Below the pieces are notes generated by a model. The model had not been told where the DNA came from, ran no database searches, and worked only from the letters and a program-made list of their open reading frames with translations. Position numbers and translations under genes: made by a program. A stretch of DNA of 64,000 bases from Octopus bimaculoides (lineage: Eukaryota), in the NCBI RefSeq assembly GCF_001194135.2, contig NC_068981.1, forward strand, positions 92,912,591-92,976,590, in the 5' to 3' direction. How positions within the stretch are numbered: the first letter of the stretch is position 1; the number at the start of each line of letters is the position of its first letter. Of this stretch, positions 1 to 14,600 are shown piece after piece.

Positions 1-1496
1 ATATGCATATGATTTCCCTTAATATCATGTAATCACGTGTAAAATGTTATCGTATACTACATCTGTCACTACGCACTTATTCTTTCGTATCTTAACTTTG
101 CTGTCTTTGTTTTGATATTACATTACTAATTCCGAGGAAACGTAGATTTTCTTATAATTGATTTTAATATTGTCATTAGAGAATAGTTGATGCACAAATG
201 ACCAAGTTCAATGTTCCACAATTTAAAGCTTATTGACCAGAGAATAATATTTGGATATAAAGTGTAAAACAACTAGATCTGAATTTGTGTCGCGATCATT
301 ATCACAATATTTTATTCTTATATTTTTATGATCGACATTTCGAGAAACTTCTTCGTGGATAAATCTTCAAATTGATTCACTTAATTCTTCCAGCTCCAAA
401 TAACAGGTTTACGGTTTCGCAATTCAAAATATCTTTTGTGTGAGTGCGTTTACATGCATGGCTATTGACCTCCCTTCCACCTTTTCCTTAAATAAGTTAG
501 CAGATATGTAACATTTTTTACAGGTTCCAAATTTCTCTGTCTCTCTCCCTCCTCCCTCTCTCTCTCTCCCTCTCTCTCTCTCTATCACTTTCTCTTATTT
601 ATACAACAATATCATACATGCTGTCATTTCCAACATTTCCCACGCTTACACTGATGATTCAAGCCTCCATTGTTCTCTAACTTTCTTTATACCTGCACCT
701 CCCACATGAAATTTTGACATGACGCGCCGAACCTGGAGATCTTGAAATCAATGGCCTATTTGCATTGACTCTCTCAAGACAGTGCACAAACAATATTCAT
801 ATCAAAAAATATCATCTCGATTATCTGAACCTAATTTTTCCAAAAGAACTATTTGAAAACAATTATTCGAAAAACATTTATTCGAATGGAAAATTGTATG
901 AATGAAAATTATTCAAAAGGACAATTAGACGAAATGTTAATTATTCCAAATTTTTCCTTTTATTTAAGCAAAAATGATAAAATAAGAAAATCAAGTACAC
1001 AAATGATATTAATTTGGATAACTTTTTCGAACAATTGTTTTCGAACAAATTTCATGATACGATCATGGCAGTGCAGCACAAGTAAACCTGGAATGTACTA
1101 CAATTTTTTTGGAGAGTTACGAGACGAGAAGCTAAAGTTAGCTCCAAGTTCAACGTTCGTTCAGTCTTTAAGAAAAGGATCTGTTTAAACTGTCCTCTTT
1201 GAGCTTCTTACAATAGTGTATAACTGATCATTTGAGAGAGAGAAAGTGAGAGACAAAGTGAGAGACAGAGCAACAACATTAACGAAAAGTATTTGACTAG
1301 TGTTTTATGTATTGGCTGCCGAAGAATGATAGGTGTTCAATAAGGTAAAATTTAAACGCTATAATCATCGGACTAGAGCAATTATTGGAAGGAGTTAAGG
1401 AAATTTCCTATATATTGGCACCTAATAATAGAATGCCTTAAACCAGTTCTTAATATTAATGTATATGTATATATACATACATGCGTATATATATAT

Positions 1497-1538
<42 letters not shown>

Positions 1539-1555
1539 GTACGTATGTATGTATA

Positions 1556-2499
1556 NNNNNNNNNNNNNNNNNNNNNNNNNNNNNNNNNNNNNNNNNNNNN
1601 NNNNNNNNNNNNNNNNNNNNNNNNNNNNNNNNNNNNNNNNNNNNNNNNNNNNNNNNNNNNNNNNNNNNNNNNNNNNNNNNNNNNNNNNNNNNNNNNNNNN
1701 NNNNNNNNNNNNNNNNNNNNNNNNNNNNNNNNNNNNNNNNNNNNNNNNNNNNNNNNNNNNNNNNNNNNNNNNNNNNNNNNNNNNNNNNNNNNNNNNNNNN
1801 NNNNNNNNNNNNNNNNNNNNNNNNNNNNNNNNNNNNNNNNNNNNNNNNNNNNNNNNNNNNNNNNNNNNNNNNNNNNNNNNNNNNNNNNNNNNNNNNNNNN
1901 NNNNNNNNNNNNNNNNNNNNNNNNNNNNNNNNNNNNNNNNNNNNNNNNNNNNNNNNNNNNNNNNNNNNNNNNNNNNNNNNNNNNNNNNNNNNNNNNNNNN
2001 NNNNNNNNNNNNNNNNNNNNNNNNNNNNNNNNNNNNNNNNNNNNNNNNNNNNNNNNNNNNNNNNNNNNNNNNNNNNNNNNNNNNNNNNNNNNNNNNNNNN
2101 NNNNNNNNNNNNNNNNNNNNNNNNNNNNNNNNNNNNNNNNNNNNNNNNNNNNNNNNNNNNNNNNNNNNNNNNNNNNNNNNNNNNNNNNNNNNNNNNNNNN
2201 NNNNNNNNNNNNNNNNNNNNNNNNNNNNNNNNNNNNNNNNNNNNNNNNNNNNNNNNNNNNNNNNNNNNNNNNNNNNNNNNNNNNNNNNNNNNNNNNNNNN
2301 NNNNNNNNNNNNNNNNNNNNNNNNNNNNNNNNNNNNNNNNNNNNNNNNNNNNNNNNNNNNNNNNNNNNNNNNNNNNNNNNNNNNNNNNNNNNNNNNNNNN
2401 NNNNNNNNNNNNNNNNNNNNNNNNNNNNNNNNNNNNNNNNNNNNNNNNNNNNNNNNNNNNNNNNNNNNNNNNNNNNNNNNNNNNNNNNNNNNNNNNNNN
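1556..2499. other. Assembly gap flanked by (TA)n. Other gaps at ~7675, 9680, 24462, 26648, 29195, 34169, 36057, 45915, 52879, 56430, 57922 and 63570
   Basis: Runs of N, nearly all abutting microsatellites. Confidence 0.99.
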
Positions 2500-2558
<59 letters not shown>

Positions 2559-3410
2559 GTACGTATGTATGTATATATTTATCTATATGAATATATGTAT
2601 GTATGCATATTTATATATATATATAAATACATACACGCATACATGCATATCTGCATACATACACACACGAACACACACGAACACACACAAACACCCGCCC
2701 ACCCACACGTATATATATGTGACCAGGCATCTTATAGCCGTCGCTATTTTTTATGGCTGTTTAAACTTAATGGAAATTAAACAACTGATGAGAACATAAT
2801 ATAACTGTTCATCAGAAAATTATCTAGAATGACAATCGTGTGTTCCTTTCCTGTTTTCTAATTGAGATGTGGCTAGAATTATTAGAGTGCTAAAAAAGTT
2901 TCATCTCATACATAAAATTACATAAAGTTAACTTCTCTAGTATACTTGCAGGCATCGATGCTGAATTCCATCATCTTATGAATATAATAATGTTACCAAT
3001 AAAAGTTACAATGTCTCTGACGATTTGACAATAACCATAATTATGCTATATATCTTATCAAACTAAAAGTCATTTTATGTGAGTGAAATGCACGTAAGAT
3101 GATGTAACTAAATATCTTACAAAATGTCTCTCATATTTTGTTTTTGATATATATTTGTGCCTGTATGTGTGTGCGTGTGTGTGTTTGTGTGTACTTGTGC
3201 AGTTCATCATAAGATTCTCATCATAAGTGTCTCCACAGACAGCTTTATTCGTCTTCATTAACTGGTGCATTATTTTATTAATGATATTATATATTATTAT
3301 CCGATTATTATATTAAGGTAAAAGTGAATGTAAGAGCGAGTGAGTCTTTTTAATGGCTTCATAAAATTATATTTTTTTTTGCTTTCAGCATCATTCTCAC
3401 ATAAAATTAC

Positions 3411-3486
<76 letters not shown>
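3411..3486 (+). repeat. (TAC)n microsatellite
   Basis: Seen directly. Confidence 0.97.
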
Positions 3487-3487
<1 letters not shown>

Positions 3488-3601
3488 GTTGCTGGTGCTT
3501 CTTATGTTGCTGCTCGTACAAATACTATCTCTCTTTTCTCTGTAAGTACACACACATATGTATACACATATACACCCCTCCAAAGCTAAAAGTATAAATA
3601 G

Positions 3602-3683
<82 letters not shown>

Positions 3684-4039
3684 TCGCGTGTGTGTACATA
3701 AAATATATGCTATAGTATAGTATAATGTGATATATGTGTGTGTGTGAGTGTACTTGCGATGGTGTATGTTGTGGTATATATGCGTGTCTGTCTGCATGTG
3801 TGTGCATATGTGTGTGTGTGATTGTGTGTGTCTGTGTCTATAATGGAAAGATACGGCTAGAGGATTTACAAAACACATAGCCTGTTATATTGACTAAGGC
3901 CCTCATACTTACTGACACAGATACAGGCATACATACGTAAATGCATACATAGATACATATAGATATATGCATACATATAGATATATACATACATATAGAT
4001 ATATACATACATACATGCATACATTCATATATACATATA

Positions 4040-4073
<34 letters not shown>

Positions 4074-4794
4074 CACACACACATACATACATGTCTGGTA
4101 GTCTATTCTGAAAAGACGATTGTAATAACACAAAGACTGTTTTGAACTTAGTGTACATTGTGGATATATATTTAGAGATTGCATATCACGCCATTCTCTA
4201 CCTATTGCTAGCCTTGAGCTCCGTGTCTGAAGGCAACGATACTAAAATTTGTTTTCTTTGAAGCTAATGTTGTTTAGCTATACTGGTGAGTTGTTCTTAG
4301 ATTTATTTTCGTATTAAGATATTGGAACATTTAAATTAGAAAATTTAACAATTAACTCATTTTCCCAGAAGTTTAGTCATTATATAGCAGCATCTTTTGT
4401 TACATGGAGCAGACAAATTTCCCACGTATCTACTTGTTGCTTAATGTGAGCTGTGGCTCCTTGCACAAGGGAAAATGACGGATGGGTGCTGCTGTAATGT
4501 CAGTGAACAGATGTCTACTAGATTAAGACATATCTGGAGATATAAACAACAGAAAATGTTAACTAAAACGATATAACATTGTTTTGCTGACAAGTTTTCC
4601 TATCTCGTCAAAAAGTTCTTAATCAAAACGCTATCAAGTTTCTATCGCAATGTTAAACAATGGAGTTATATTCAAATATAATTATATTATTTCTATAATT
4701 ACAAGGTAATATTGAACCGGTCGATAACAATGTAAACAGAAAACCCACAGGAAATGATCTGATAACCAATACGAATATATTTCTATCTCTTAAT

Positions 4795-4823
4795 GATGTT
4801 GTTGACGACGACGACGATGATGC

Positions 4824-4868
<45 letters not shown>

Positions 4869-4917
4869 GGATGATGATGACGATGAGGATGATGATGATG
4901 ATGATGATGATGCTGCT

Positions 4918-4948
<31 letters not shown>

Positions 4949-4975
4949 AGGAGGAGGAGGAGGAGGAGGAGGAGG
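4795..4975 (+). repeat. Compound (GAC/GAT/GCT/GAG)n microsatellite
   Basis: Seen directly. Confidence 0.95.
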
Positions 4976-5594
4976 GGGATTTCGACAATGACAAAGACAG
5001 CTACAACGACAGCGACGACCATGATAACGACGAGAAGGAACGATATTCTATCGGCTTCGAGGGTGGTAAACTGATAGCTATTTAAATTAACTTGTAAGTG
5101 GTGGAGTATTTCATACCCAAGTGTACTCTTATTGTAATTTTCAGGCAGAATCGGTGAGGATCATACAGTTATACATACTATCAACCCGATAGAATTCTTT
5201 CTACACAGTTTCTTCTCAATTTCATATGTCGTAAATTTCTTTTGGCCACGATGCCATTCTCTGAGATCTATCCGAGTATACCATAATACCGAAGCGCTCT
5301 TCTCAACCATTCAGCAGTTTCTGCGCGAATAATCAGACAATTCAGGAGGATTACTTCCGAGGCAACTGATTTGAGAGCATGTGTTGAAAGGTAGACAATT
5401 ATATCGTGGAAAACACAAGTTAGCCATAGAGAAACACACAAATACTGTTAACTTCAATTTCAAAATTGTTTTGTGTCAGAATCTTCTTTGATACCAAATA
5501 ATAAATGTTTAAGTGAAGTTAATAATCATTGTGTGTTTTTGAATGGTTAATGTATTTTCCATGCTGTAATTATTTTAAAATCAGTTATTTACAG

Positions 5595-5699
5595 GCCAAC
5601 TATGCTGCTCTTGACGAATATTTGTATTCAAATATTCCACATCAATGCAATGGAGTCAATTTCACTAAAACTACTCAGCCAGGCGTCACTTTCGAGCGA
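5595..5699 (+). CDS. Candidate internal exon of an unidentified host gene (ANYAALDEYLYSNIPHQCNGVNFTKTTQPGVTFER)
   Basis: ttatttacag|GCC acceptor and CGA|gtaaga donor around a 105-nt open phase-0 frame. No homology recognised. Confidence 0.3.
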
Positions 5700-7249
5700 G
5701 TAAGAGTTGGCAATGTGTTCCATGTCTTCGCTATTTGATTTGATATCTTTGTATTTGCAAGCAGGTATTAACAAAGATTCGGCTGCCTCACCCTTGCCCC
5801 AGCTGCGCACCAAGATATGGCAGTTAGAAGTGAGGACTGCACCAGCAACAGACTGGTAACGTGAAATGAAGAGTCCTTCTCTACGACGCCATCCGTGGCC
5901 CATCTAACAACTGAATCTGTTTTTCAATTATAGCAAACTGAGCATACTAACCACAAGGTATTGTGCATTCCTTCAATGTATCTCCTTAATATAAACGAAA
6001 GGAAATCTGTGTGAGAAAATTCGATCTGATAGAAATGCTAACGAGATTTCTTCAAATTTCTGCCTTCACACCACTGAAGGTTTAAAATACTTGGAGAATG
6101 TATTTATTTTCTATATTTTATTTGTTTTACTCATTTCACTCGGAGCATGCTTGGGTAGCCACTTGAAAGGTTAAACCAAGTAAATTAAACAGCAGAACTT
6201 AATTTTTAAATCTGTTACTTATTCTACACGATATGAGACATACGGCTGGCTTTAACTATGTTTCCATCTATCAAATTCGCTCACCCGGCAATGTTCGGTA
6301 TGGCATTGAACCTGAAACTTCCTGCGCCAACGTATTTGTTAATATACAAAGGTAAAACACCCAAAATGGCTTTGACTATATGTCTGCGCAAGTTGAGCTT
6401 TATATGTTGTGAAACAAAACTAGACTATGTTAACATTCGAGTCACTGAAATTATAGAGAGCCAGACAAACAATATGTGACCGACATATAGATATATCTCA
6501 TTTTAATTTCTGTCTTTAACCTCTGTGTATCATTCTTCAGATATCGATAAAATAAATATAATCAATTATTTTACAAGATCAAATCAACAACACTCTATTT
6601 CCAAAATGTGAGGCTCTCTAACAAAATTAGATATGATTATTATAATCTAATGATAAATAATGATATTTGTATAAAGAATTACCGCCTGTTTGATGTGTAT
6701 TGTATTATTGAGAATTTCGTGATGATTTGTCCTTGTTCAATTGAATTGCACTAAGTTGAAATATAATACAAATTAAGTTGACCACTTCATACAACTTGTT
6801 TTTGTGTTGCCATACGCTTAACCCGGTGACAAGCTTGAAACGTGTACAGACATAGCGTTTATAATCCATAAGAGGGTTATAGTGACAGGCGAATTTCGAA
6901 TAGAAATTCAATGGTATAAAATTCATAATGAATACAAGAATGTATAGTCATAAACACTTATGTTGCAATTAAATTTTTAATATATATTCTGAAAATAATC
7001 AGACTGGATTACAACTTAGGTATGTGATATCACCAGTTTAATTTCTCCTATGACGAAAGTTTGCTTATCATATTGACGTCAGAAAAATGAAATTCTAAGT
7101 TTACTATCGTAGTGATCAGGACTTAACCACATGCGACAAAATTGTTTGCCAATCCGAGTTTGGCATTAACACACTTGAAATAATGGAACTTCAACTAGTA
7201 CTTAATGTTCTTGATCATAACCTCATTCGTCAGTTCAATTCCTGGATCA

Positions 7250-7400
7250 CTGTGCGCGTTGTATTCTTGAGCAACGTAATTCTATTCACTTTGCTCCAAT
7301 CTGCACATTGGTAATGAGTACAAGGCAGGTGGTAGTTCAAACTTCTTTCCCAGGGATGTCACATCCTTGATGCTCCTGGGTCAAGGGAACTGGAGCAAAT
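7250..7400 (+). mobile_element. Degenerate SINE fragment
   Basis: B-box-like GTTCAATTCCTGG followed by GTTGTATTCTTGAGCAA..TTCACTTTGCTCCA. The head is incomplete. Confidence 0.4.
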
Positions 7401-7532
7401 GGCTATCTATCTCAGCTGACGACAACACAGGCAGCTAAGAATGTTAATAAATGCATGGCACGTTATCGAGCCTTAATATACATATACATGCTATATATAT
7501 GTATGTGTGTGTGTGTGTGTGTGCATCTGTGT

Positions 7533-7566
<34 letters not shown>

Positions 7567-7697
7567 GTATCTTATACAGACAGACATACGGACACATATG
7601 TGCGTGTTTGTGTGTGTGCTGGCGTGTGCTTGTGTGTTTGTACGTGCTTGCGTGTGTGTGTGTGTGTGTGTGTGNNNNNNNNNNGTTTGTACGTGCT

Positions 7698-7738
<41 letters not shown>

Positions 7739-7976
7739 TGTAAGAATTCTGAAATTACATAGTCCAGATATAATATTTACTAAAAACAATGTATAATACC
7801 CACTAAGCATCAATTCTACATGACCCCAAGTTTATGGGTAACATGGTCAACCAAGTTTTCTGTACTTCGTCTAACAGAATATAAGTATAGTATGCAAAAT
7901 ATGCAAAGCTCATCGGATTCAGGAGTTTCCTTTGTCATCTAAGTGATCAATCGACTTCAAATTTAACTCTTTTCAG

Positions 7977-8017
7977 CGGATCTATCAACATAATCTCGGT
8001 GCCGATAATAACGCAGA
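7977..8017 (+). CDS. Candidate small exon (RIYQHNLGADNNA. or GSINIISVPIITQ)
   Basis: Strong acceptor ttaactcttttcag| and donor |gtaagt. No homology recognised. Confidence 0.27.
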
Positions 8018-9595
8018 GTAAGTCTTCAAATGAGTCACGTTTTCTTGCCCAAACATTCCGCGTATCATCTCACGACTTGCCTTGTTTCTCAAAATAATAG
8101 TTCAAATGAAACATACAGATCTATATGGCGTGGAGTTCGGTAAGTATTCTGAATAGAATGTTCTACACCTGTTTTATAAGTTAATTACATAGCACTGATG
8201 CTTTCATTAATTGTCATTACCTATAATATACAATATTTTTGGTAATCCCTGCTCATCGGTATCGGGATGGAGATGGCCGTCCGGAAGTGCGAACCTCATG
8301 TTTCAGAATGGCTGTTCCAGCGCATCTCACTCGCCTTCCTCCGGGTCAATGCTTCTTCCATTTTGTTTGCTTGGGCCATGAAGCAGTCTAGCTTACAGGA
8401 AATTGTACGTTTCACTCCTTAAATACTTACATCCATGCAATAATTTATTTTGTGGAGAGTAAGATATAATCCAATTAAGAAGACATAGAAAGAGTTTAAC
8501 ATATTTTAATTACCAACTATTAGAACTAATCTATTGTGTATCTCAGTCGTACATCTGCAGACACTATATAAAAAGTCTTACAATTTATCCCATATACTGC
8601 AGTGATTTTCCGATAAATTTCAATTTTAGATAATTTTTTCTTAAAACATATTTGTCTCGTATTATGTAATGTATTGACTCAACTAATACGCAAGAGCAAA
8701 ATTTGAATATAATCAAAAATAATAAAGAAAAGCAGCAATCGCACTGCTAGATAATTGCTTAATAATCCAAGCTAAGTAATTAAAAAAGATTGAAATTCTA
8801 GCGAAGGAAAAAAATTCTGGAAGAAGGATTTATAACAGTAGGAACAAAAGAAAAACAGAAAAATAAAGTGACTCAAAGAAGTTACATTGGCTTGTGAGTC
8901 AACAAACATTCGTTTAAATATTATTAATGTAATTCAGTATTTCAAAATATCGAGCGGTTATATATAACGCTTGAATGAATCAGAAAACATTGAAACAAAT
9001 TTTACGATACAAATCTTCAATCATGAGAGTTAAATTACTAGAAAAATCAGCAGCGAAAGAGATATTTACATATATCATCAAATACCTTAAGGTTATCGAG
9101 ACAGCATGAAAGCAAATCACAGATGTACGTTACTGCACAATAATCAGTTGAAGAGGTTCGTATAAATATTATATTAATAGTGTTATAACATTCGTTCTGT
9201 TTTTCAATTAAACAGCATATGTAGGCTTAGTCCGGATATATTATATTCCAGAAAATGTGTTGGTATTTTCAGAAAAGGATATTTCAGCAGGCAAGCAGGG
9301 AAATTATTACTGCAGATAAGCCAATGTAATAATACAATAAATCACTAACATAACAGAGATCTAAAGATGACTTGGTCAATTTTAGACAGTAATTTGTGTC
9401 TATCAAATGTATCTTCGAGGTATTTTACATGTAACATTGTTAGTAACATACTATTTATTATTGAATGTTTGCTAAACTGGAGTATAATGTTTATTTTTAT
9501 AACGGAGAATGTAATATTATGGATGTATGTATATTATCACTTGCACAGCGAGGATTGATAGATTGCACAGAGATATAGTATATATGTGTGTATAC

Positions 9596-9679
<84 letters not shown>

Positions 9680-9712
9680 NNNNNNNNNNNNNNNNNNNNN
9701 NNNNNNNNNNNN

Positions 9713-9740
<28 letters not shown>

Positions 9741-9743
<3 letters not shown>

Positions 9744-10058
9744 ACTTGGCTTGCACTGACGATTAAAAGAGTTGCATTTTGTGCACTAATTATGAAATCA
9801 TATGATATGCAGCTGAGTCTGATTTTAAAAGGCTCGCTTTGATATTTGCATTCCCTCGTGTTCGGTACAATGCGTTTATTACGGTAGTTTTGACTTTAAG
9901 AGTCTCTCCTATGGTAAGGCATTTATGTATAGTAATAGCCTTAATATAAATAAATATAATTATATTATAGGGAATAATTAATAAATGTTTCCCTTTTGAG
10001 GTTTTTCACGCTAACTACTTGATAAATTCTTATAAAGATTTTACCCTATATTTAAATC
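9741..10058 (+). repeat. Copy 1 of a ~0.3-kb direct repeat (part of a ~0.5-kb tandem duplication hosting the Tx1 insertion)
   Basis: Aligns by eye along its whole length with 15593-15894, with scattered substitutions and one short indel. Confidence 0.9.
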
Positions 10059-10463
10059 GTTAATTTACCCGGAATATATTCATTGCTGAATTTTATTCTG
10101 AATAAACACTTGTACCGAGGTGCAATTCGAAAAGCCAGCCTCTTACATAGATATATAAGTGTGAACAATTTCTATGTACTATGCTGGATACATGTGGTTA
10201 GGCTGGGAGTGCGTTATCCTATCGAGTGGTCTATGTAAATTGCTCTGTTGTTTGCTTGCAGGAATTGTTTATTTTTATTGTGGTTTCCCGTAAGGAAACG
10301 TTGTTGAACTGTTATTGAACTGTTATTGTCGAACTGTCATTGTATAAATTTCCTTGTGAAATTGTTGGCCTCCCCCACGGGGGAAGGAATCGTTTACGGA
10401 CTGTGTTCCATTTGAACGAACTTTGATATCGATATTGTAATAATATCTTGTTTAAAAGTGAAA

Positions 10464-11624
10464 ATGTCTTCAGTTGAAGAAGTAAGAAACTTCGCCTCCG
10501 TTGTGGGAGGAAAAGAAAACTTGACGTTCAAGAAAGAAGAAATTCAAGCCTTATGCGGCATGATCCACGAGGAAAATGGTGAAAGCCGAAACACACCCAC
10601 CAGCGAGATTCTGAATCGGAAAAAGGAATGTACAATTTTCTACAAAACTTATGACTGTGAAAGAAAAAGATTCGAACACCTTGAATAAAGCACCATAGTA
10701 AAATGTTTCGGGCCAGTGTTAGGTCAGATAAAATACCTGATCCGAGGTTCCAAATTTGCAACTGCAGAAGCAAGGTTCGAGTCAGCCGAGAGGGCAAAAG
10801 AAATATCAACTCGAACCTTGCAAAGTGGTAACATTATGTTGCTACCACTATATCTAGGACGTAGAACGTCCCGGATTAAGATTTAAAATATCCCGCCAGA
10901 GATAGAAATTGCGTAGATAATTGCTACCAATCTATACGGAAGAGAAAAAAAAATAAATATGATAATGATATCCAGATATGCCCCACAAAACTGGAAAGGG
11001 CAAACTCTGGAGATCCTGGCTCAAGCAACAACAGATCTGGAGAAATTACCAGAGAAAATATGTATCGGTGCATGTAGAGGAGAGGAAGCCTAGGTGCTTC
11101 AAACGTGGAAAAATGGGGCACCTGAGGACGAAAAATCAGTCGAAGTGATACCATCAGTAGAAGGGATGGACTTCGAGATGGTGTCACGAAAAAGGCGTAA
11201 GAAAACAGTAGAGTCACCTACTAAAGAGGCGGCTCCGAAAACCAAAGAAAAAAAGAAATGCAGCAATCTGGAAGGAAAAAATCAACGAAAGGATAAAAAC
11301 CTTTATGACAATAAAAATAGAAAAGCCTAAGCCCGACAGGGAGATGACTACAGTGGTATTTAAGAACACCAACAACTCCATAATGTGAGTAATTAAACCC
11401 AATTTACAAAGTAAGATATACCAATCTAACAATAGAAGAAGTCCAAATAGCATGGCGAAGATCCCAAAAGAACTGTATAAGGATTTAAGAAAAGATATCC
11501 GAAAGAAATTATTGACTTAAAAGACCTACCAAAAGTGTTCGACTCGCCGGAAGGACCACCTATGGAAGAAGTAAAGGGAGAAATCCCACCTGCACGAGTG
11601 CTGAGGATGATCCCCTTAGACTAA
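10464..11624 (+). pseudogene. Tx1/L1 ORF1 (nucleic-acid-binding, Gag-like) pseudogene
   Basis: Starts MSSVEEVRNFASVV and is broken by stops and frameshifts. Contains a degenerate zinc knuckle RKPRCFKRGKMGHLRTK at ~11082-11130, followed by a Lys/Arg-rich region. The end coordinate is approximate. Confidence 0.75.
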
Positions 11625-11664
11625 AAACGTTAGTAGATTTCCTTCTTTTCCTGTTTTTTTTTTC

Positions 11665-14600
11665 ATAGCTACGCTACGCATAGGCTGTTTAAATGTACGT
11701 GTCCTGAGTTCAAAATGGAAGCAAGCCTGTCTCCCCGATGACCTCAGGTCACATACAATTAACATTATGGTTGCTACAGAGACCAAGTTGGACTAGATGC
11801 ACGCCTTCTCAAACCTCCTGAAAACTATGAGAAAATCATGTCTCATAGTCGGACAGGGAAAGCGGGTGGCGTTGTGGTTTTGATCTGAAAAAGCTTGACT
11901 CTGCAGATGCGCGCAGTCTTTGTAGACCCAGAAGATGTTTCGGTCGTTCTGGATCTGACTTTCAGTGGTAAGACCTTCAGGTTGATAAGTATTTACGCGC
12001 CTTGTACAAAAGGCAAACGGAAGGAGTTCTATCAACGCCTGGAGGATTTTCATGTGACGTCAAAGACGATAGTTATATTAGGAAACTTTAACGTTATACT
12101 GGATGCACGCATGGACAGCGTTGTGTCGACTGATAGCAAAAGTAACTCACGCCTCATCGGTCTGCTGAAACGATTTAGCCTGGCGGATCGATTCAGACTT
12201 GAGAATCCGAGCGTTCCAATGTGGACCTGGAGTAACAACGACGGATCTCGCAGGACTTATATAGACAGTATAGTCTATATATCTTGTGGAGGCGCAATGG
12301 CCCAGTGGGTAGGGCAGTGGACTCGCGGTTTCGATTCCCAGACCGGGCGTTGTGAGTGTTTATTGAGTGAAAACACCTAAAGCTCCACGAGGCTCCGGCA
12401 GGGGATGGTGGCGAAACCTGTTGTACTCTTTCACCACAGCTTACTCTCACTCTTACTTCGTTTCTGCTGTGCTTGTAATTCAAAGGGTCAGCCTAGTCAC
12501 ACTGTGTCACGCTGAATATCCCCGAGAACTACGTTAAGGGTACACGTGTCTGTGCAGTGCTCAGCCACTTGCACGTTAATATCACGAGCAGGCTGTTCCG
12601 TTGATCGGATCAACTGGAACCCTCGACGTCGTAAGCGAGGGAGTGCCAACAACAACAACAACAGTCTTTATACCAGAGATATGTACTCCTTTAGCTGCCC
12701 ACAATTTACGTATCTACCATATACAGATCACAAAGTCCATAAACAGGGATCCGGTTACTGGAAGTTGAACAAGACACTATTAGCTTTCGAAACATACCGT
12801 AACCAGATTAAGGAGTTAGTCATTCGGGCACTCGCTGGTACCATTTTGAATAACCGGTGGTGGGTGGACCTCAAAAGAGCCATTCGACTTGAGTCTATTA
12901 GATTTAGCAAACAGTTAAGTCTAGAGCAGGCTAGAGTAGAGGTATCTCTAGTTAAGACATTAGAAGAGGCGGTGCGAGCGGGCTCTGCACCCCAAGTTTT
13001 GGTCGCGAGATCGGCCTTTGACCGACACCTCAAGACCAAACACGAAGGTTGCAGAGTCCGGGCTAATATAGGTGCACTGGGTCGCGAGGGCATCAACGTT
13101 ACCGGGTGGGCTCGCTCAGTAGAAACCCAACCATGGGGGATGCCCTTCCGGATTTTCTGGCCGCGGCCCGTATTTCTCGGCACGCGAGGCGGAGTGCTGT
13201 GAAGGGCCGATCACAGCTGTGGAGAGGACAGAGGTACTTTTCGGGTGTGCCGGGGACAGGTCGCCGGGACTAGATGGCCTTCCCTATTGTACAAGGTATG
13301 CCAGACTTGTTCGGGAACATACTGGCCGGTGTATACGCAAACTGGCAGCAGAGCTGGAGGATTCCCAAATCTGTGAGTAGCGACACTGATCAAGAAAGAC
13401 CCGAGCAAGGCGAATGACATTAGTAAGTATAGGCCCATAACTCTGCTAAACACAGAGTTAAATATTTTGGCAAAAGCGCTAGACAAGAGAGTGAGCCTTG
13501 TCGAGGTCGACCTGGTGGGAGAAGCACAGACATGTGCCATCCTAGGCAGAACATTACAAGACAACCTTCACCTCATACGCTACACTATAGAGCGGGTGGT
13601 TAAAATTTCTGGCAAAGGTGGCACTGGTGAATTTAGACCAGTCTAAGACATTCGATAGGGTTGACCATCGGTATCTGGCGGCAGTCTTCCGGGCGGTCGG
13701 ATTAGGCCCAACTTTCCGCGGATGTATAGCGACATCAATTCAATCGTCCGGGTGATCGGTTTCTGCTCGAAGCCGTTCGCAATCGAACGTTCAATTCGCC
13801 AGGGATGCTCCCTGTCCCCACTCCTGTATGTGCTGGCTCTTGAACCACTGCTGCGGAGGCTGGAGGCTACGCGAGTGACCAACGTGGTCTATGTTACGGT
13901 AGGAGGGTGACAGCATATGCGGATGATTTCACCATCATCGTGTCTGATGAAAGGTAGCTGCCATGTGTAGAAAACGCCATCAAAGGATACGAGGCGGTGG
14001 CAAGAGCAAAAGTCAGCCATGAAAAATCAGCCGGCTTGCAACTCGGCACATGGAGGGGCAAGTCGATGCCTCCCAATAGTGTCGTATGATGTTGGACGGA
14101 GGGCCCGGTTAAATTGCTTGGGGTCTGGTTTAGACCAGATCTCTAGATAGACAAAAACTGGAGCGAGGTCACGGACAAAGTGGCGACCATAACCCAGACT
14201 TGGTTTGGGAGGTCGCTATCCTTGCTAGGTAGGGCCGAGGTTGCCAATTGATTATAGCATCTGCGATAACCTACCGCCTAACCGTTGTGCCTTGCCCCGA
14301 GGTGTGGCTAACCAAGTTGGAATGGATCCTCTTCCACTTTTTGTGGAAAGAAAAACAACCACTTGTAAGGCGCTCCATCTGCTGCCAGAAACCGTTAAAG
14401 GGTGGGCTAGGAATGCCTTGGCTGATAATGCACATGTATGCGCTGAGGCTGACACACCTCTGGCTCTACCTGCATGGTGAGTAGGTGTGTAGTTCTTCCT
14501 TCCACAATTGATGTCCCTGCGGGACGTAAGAGCCTGGACCACGTGGAGACCGAAATAGGCGAATGGAATTGAGAGTTCAGACATGCACTCGCTCTGTTCT

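Noticed and set aside
2785-2818. CTGATGA..GAAA hammerhead-like string
   Set aside because: Four extra bases separate helix II from GAAA and there is no helix I or III. It is just a small hairpin.
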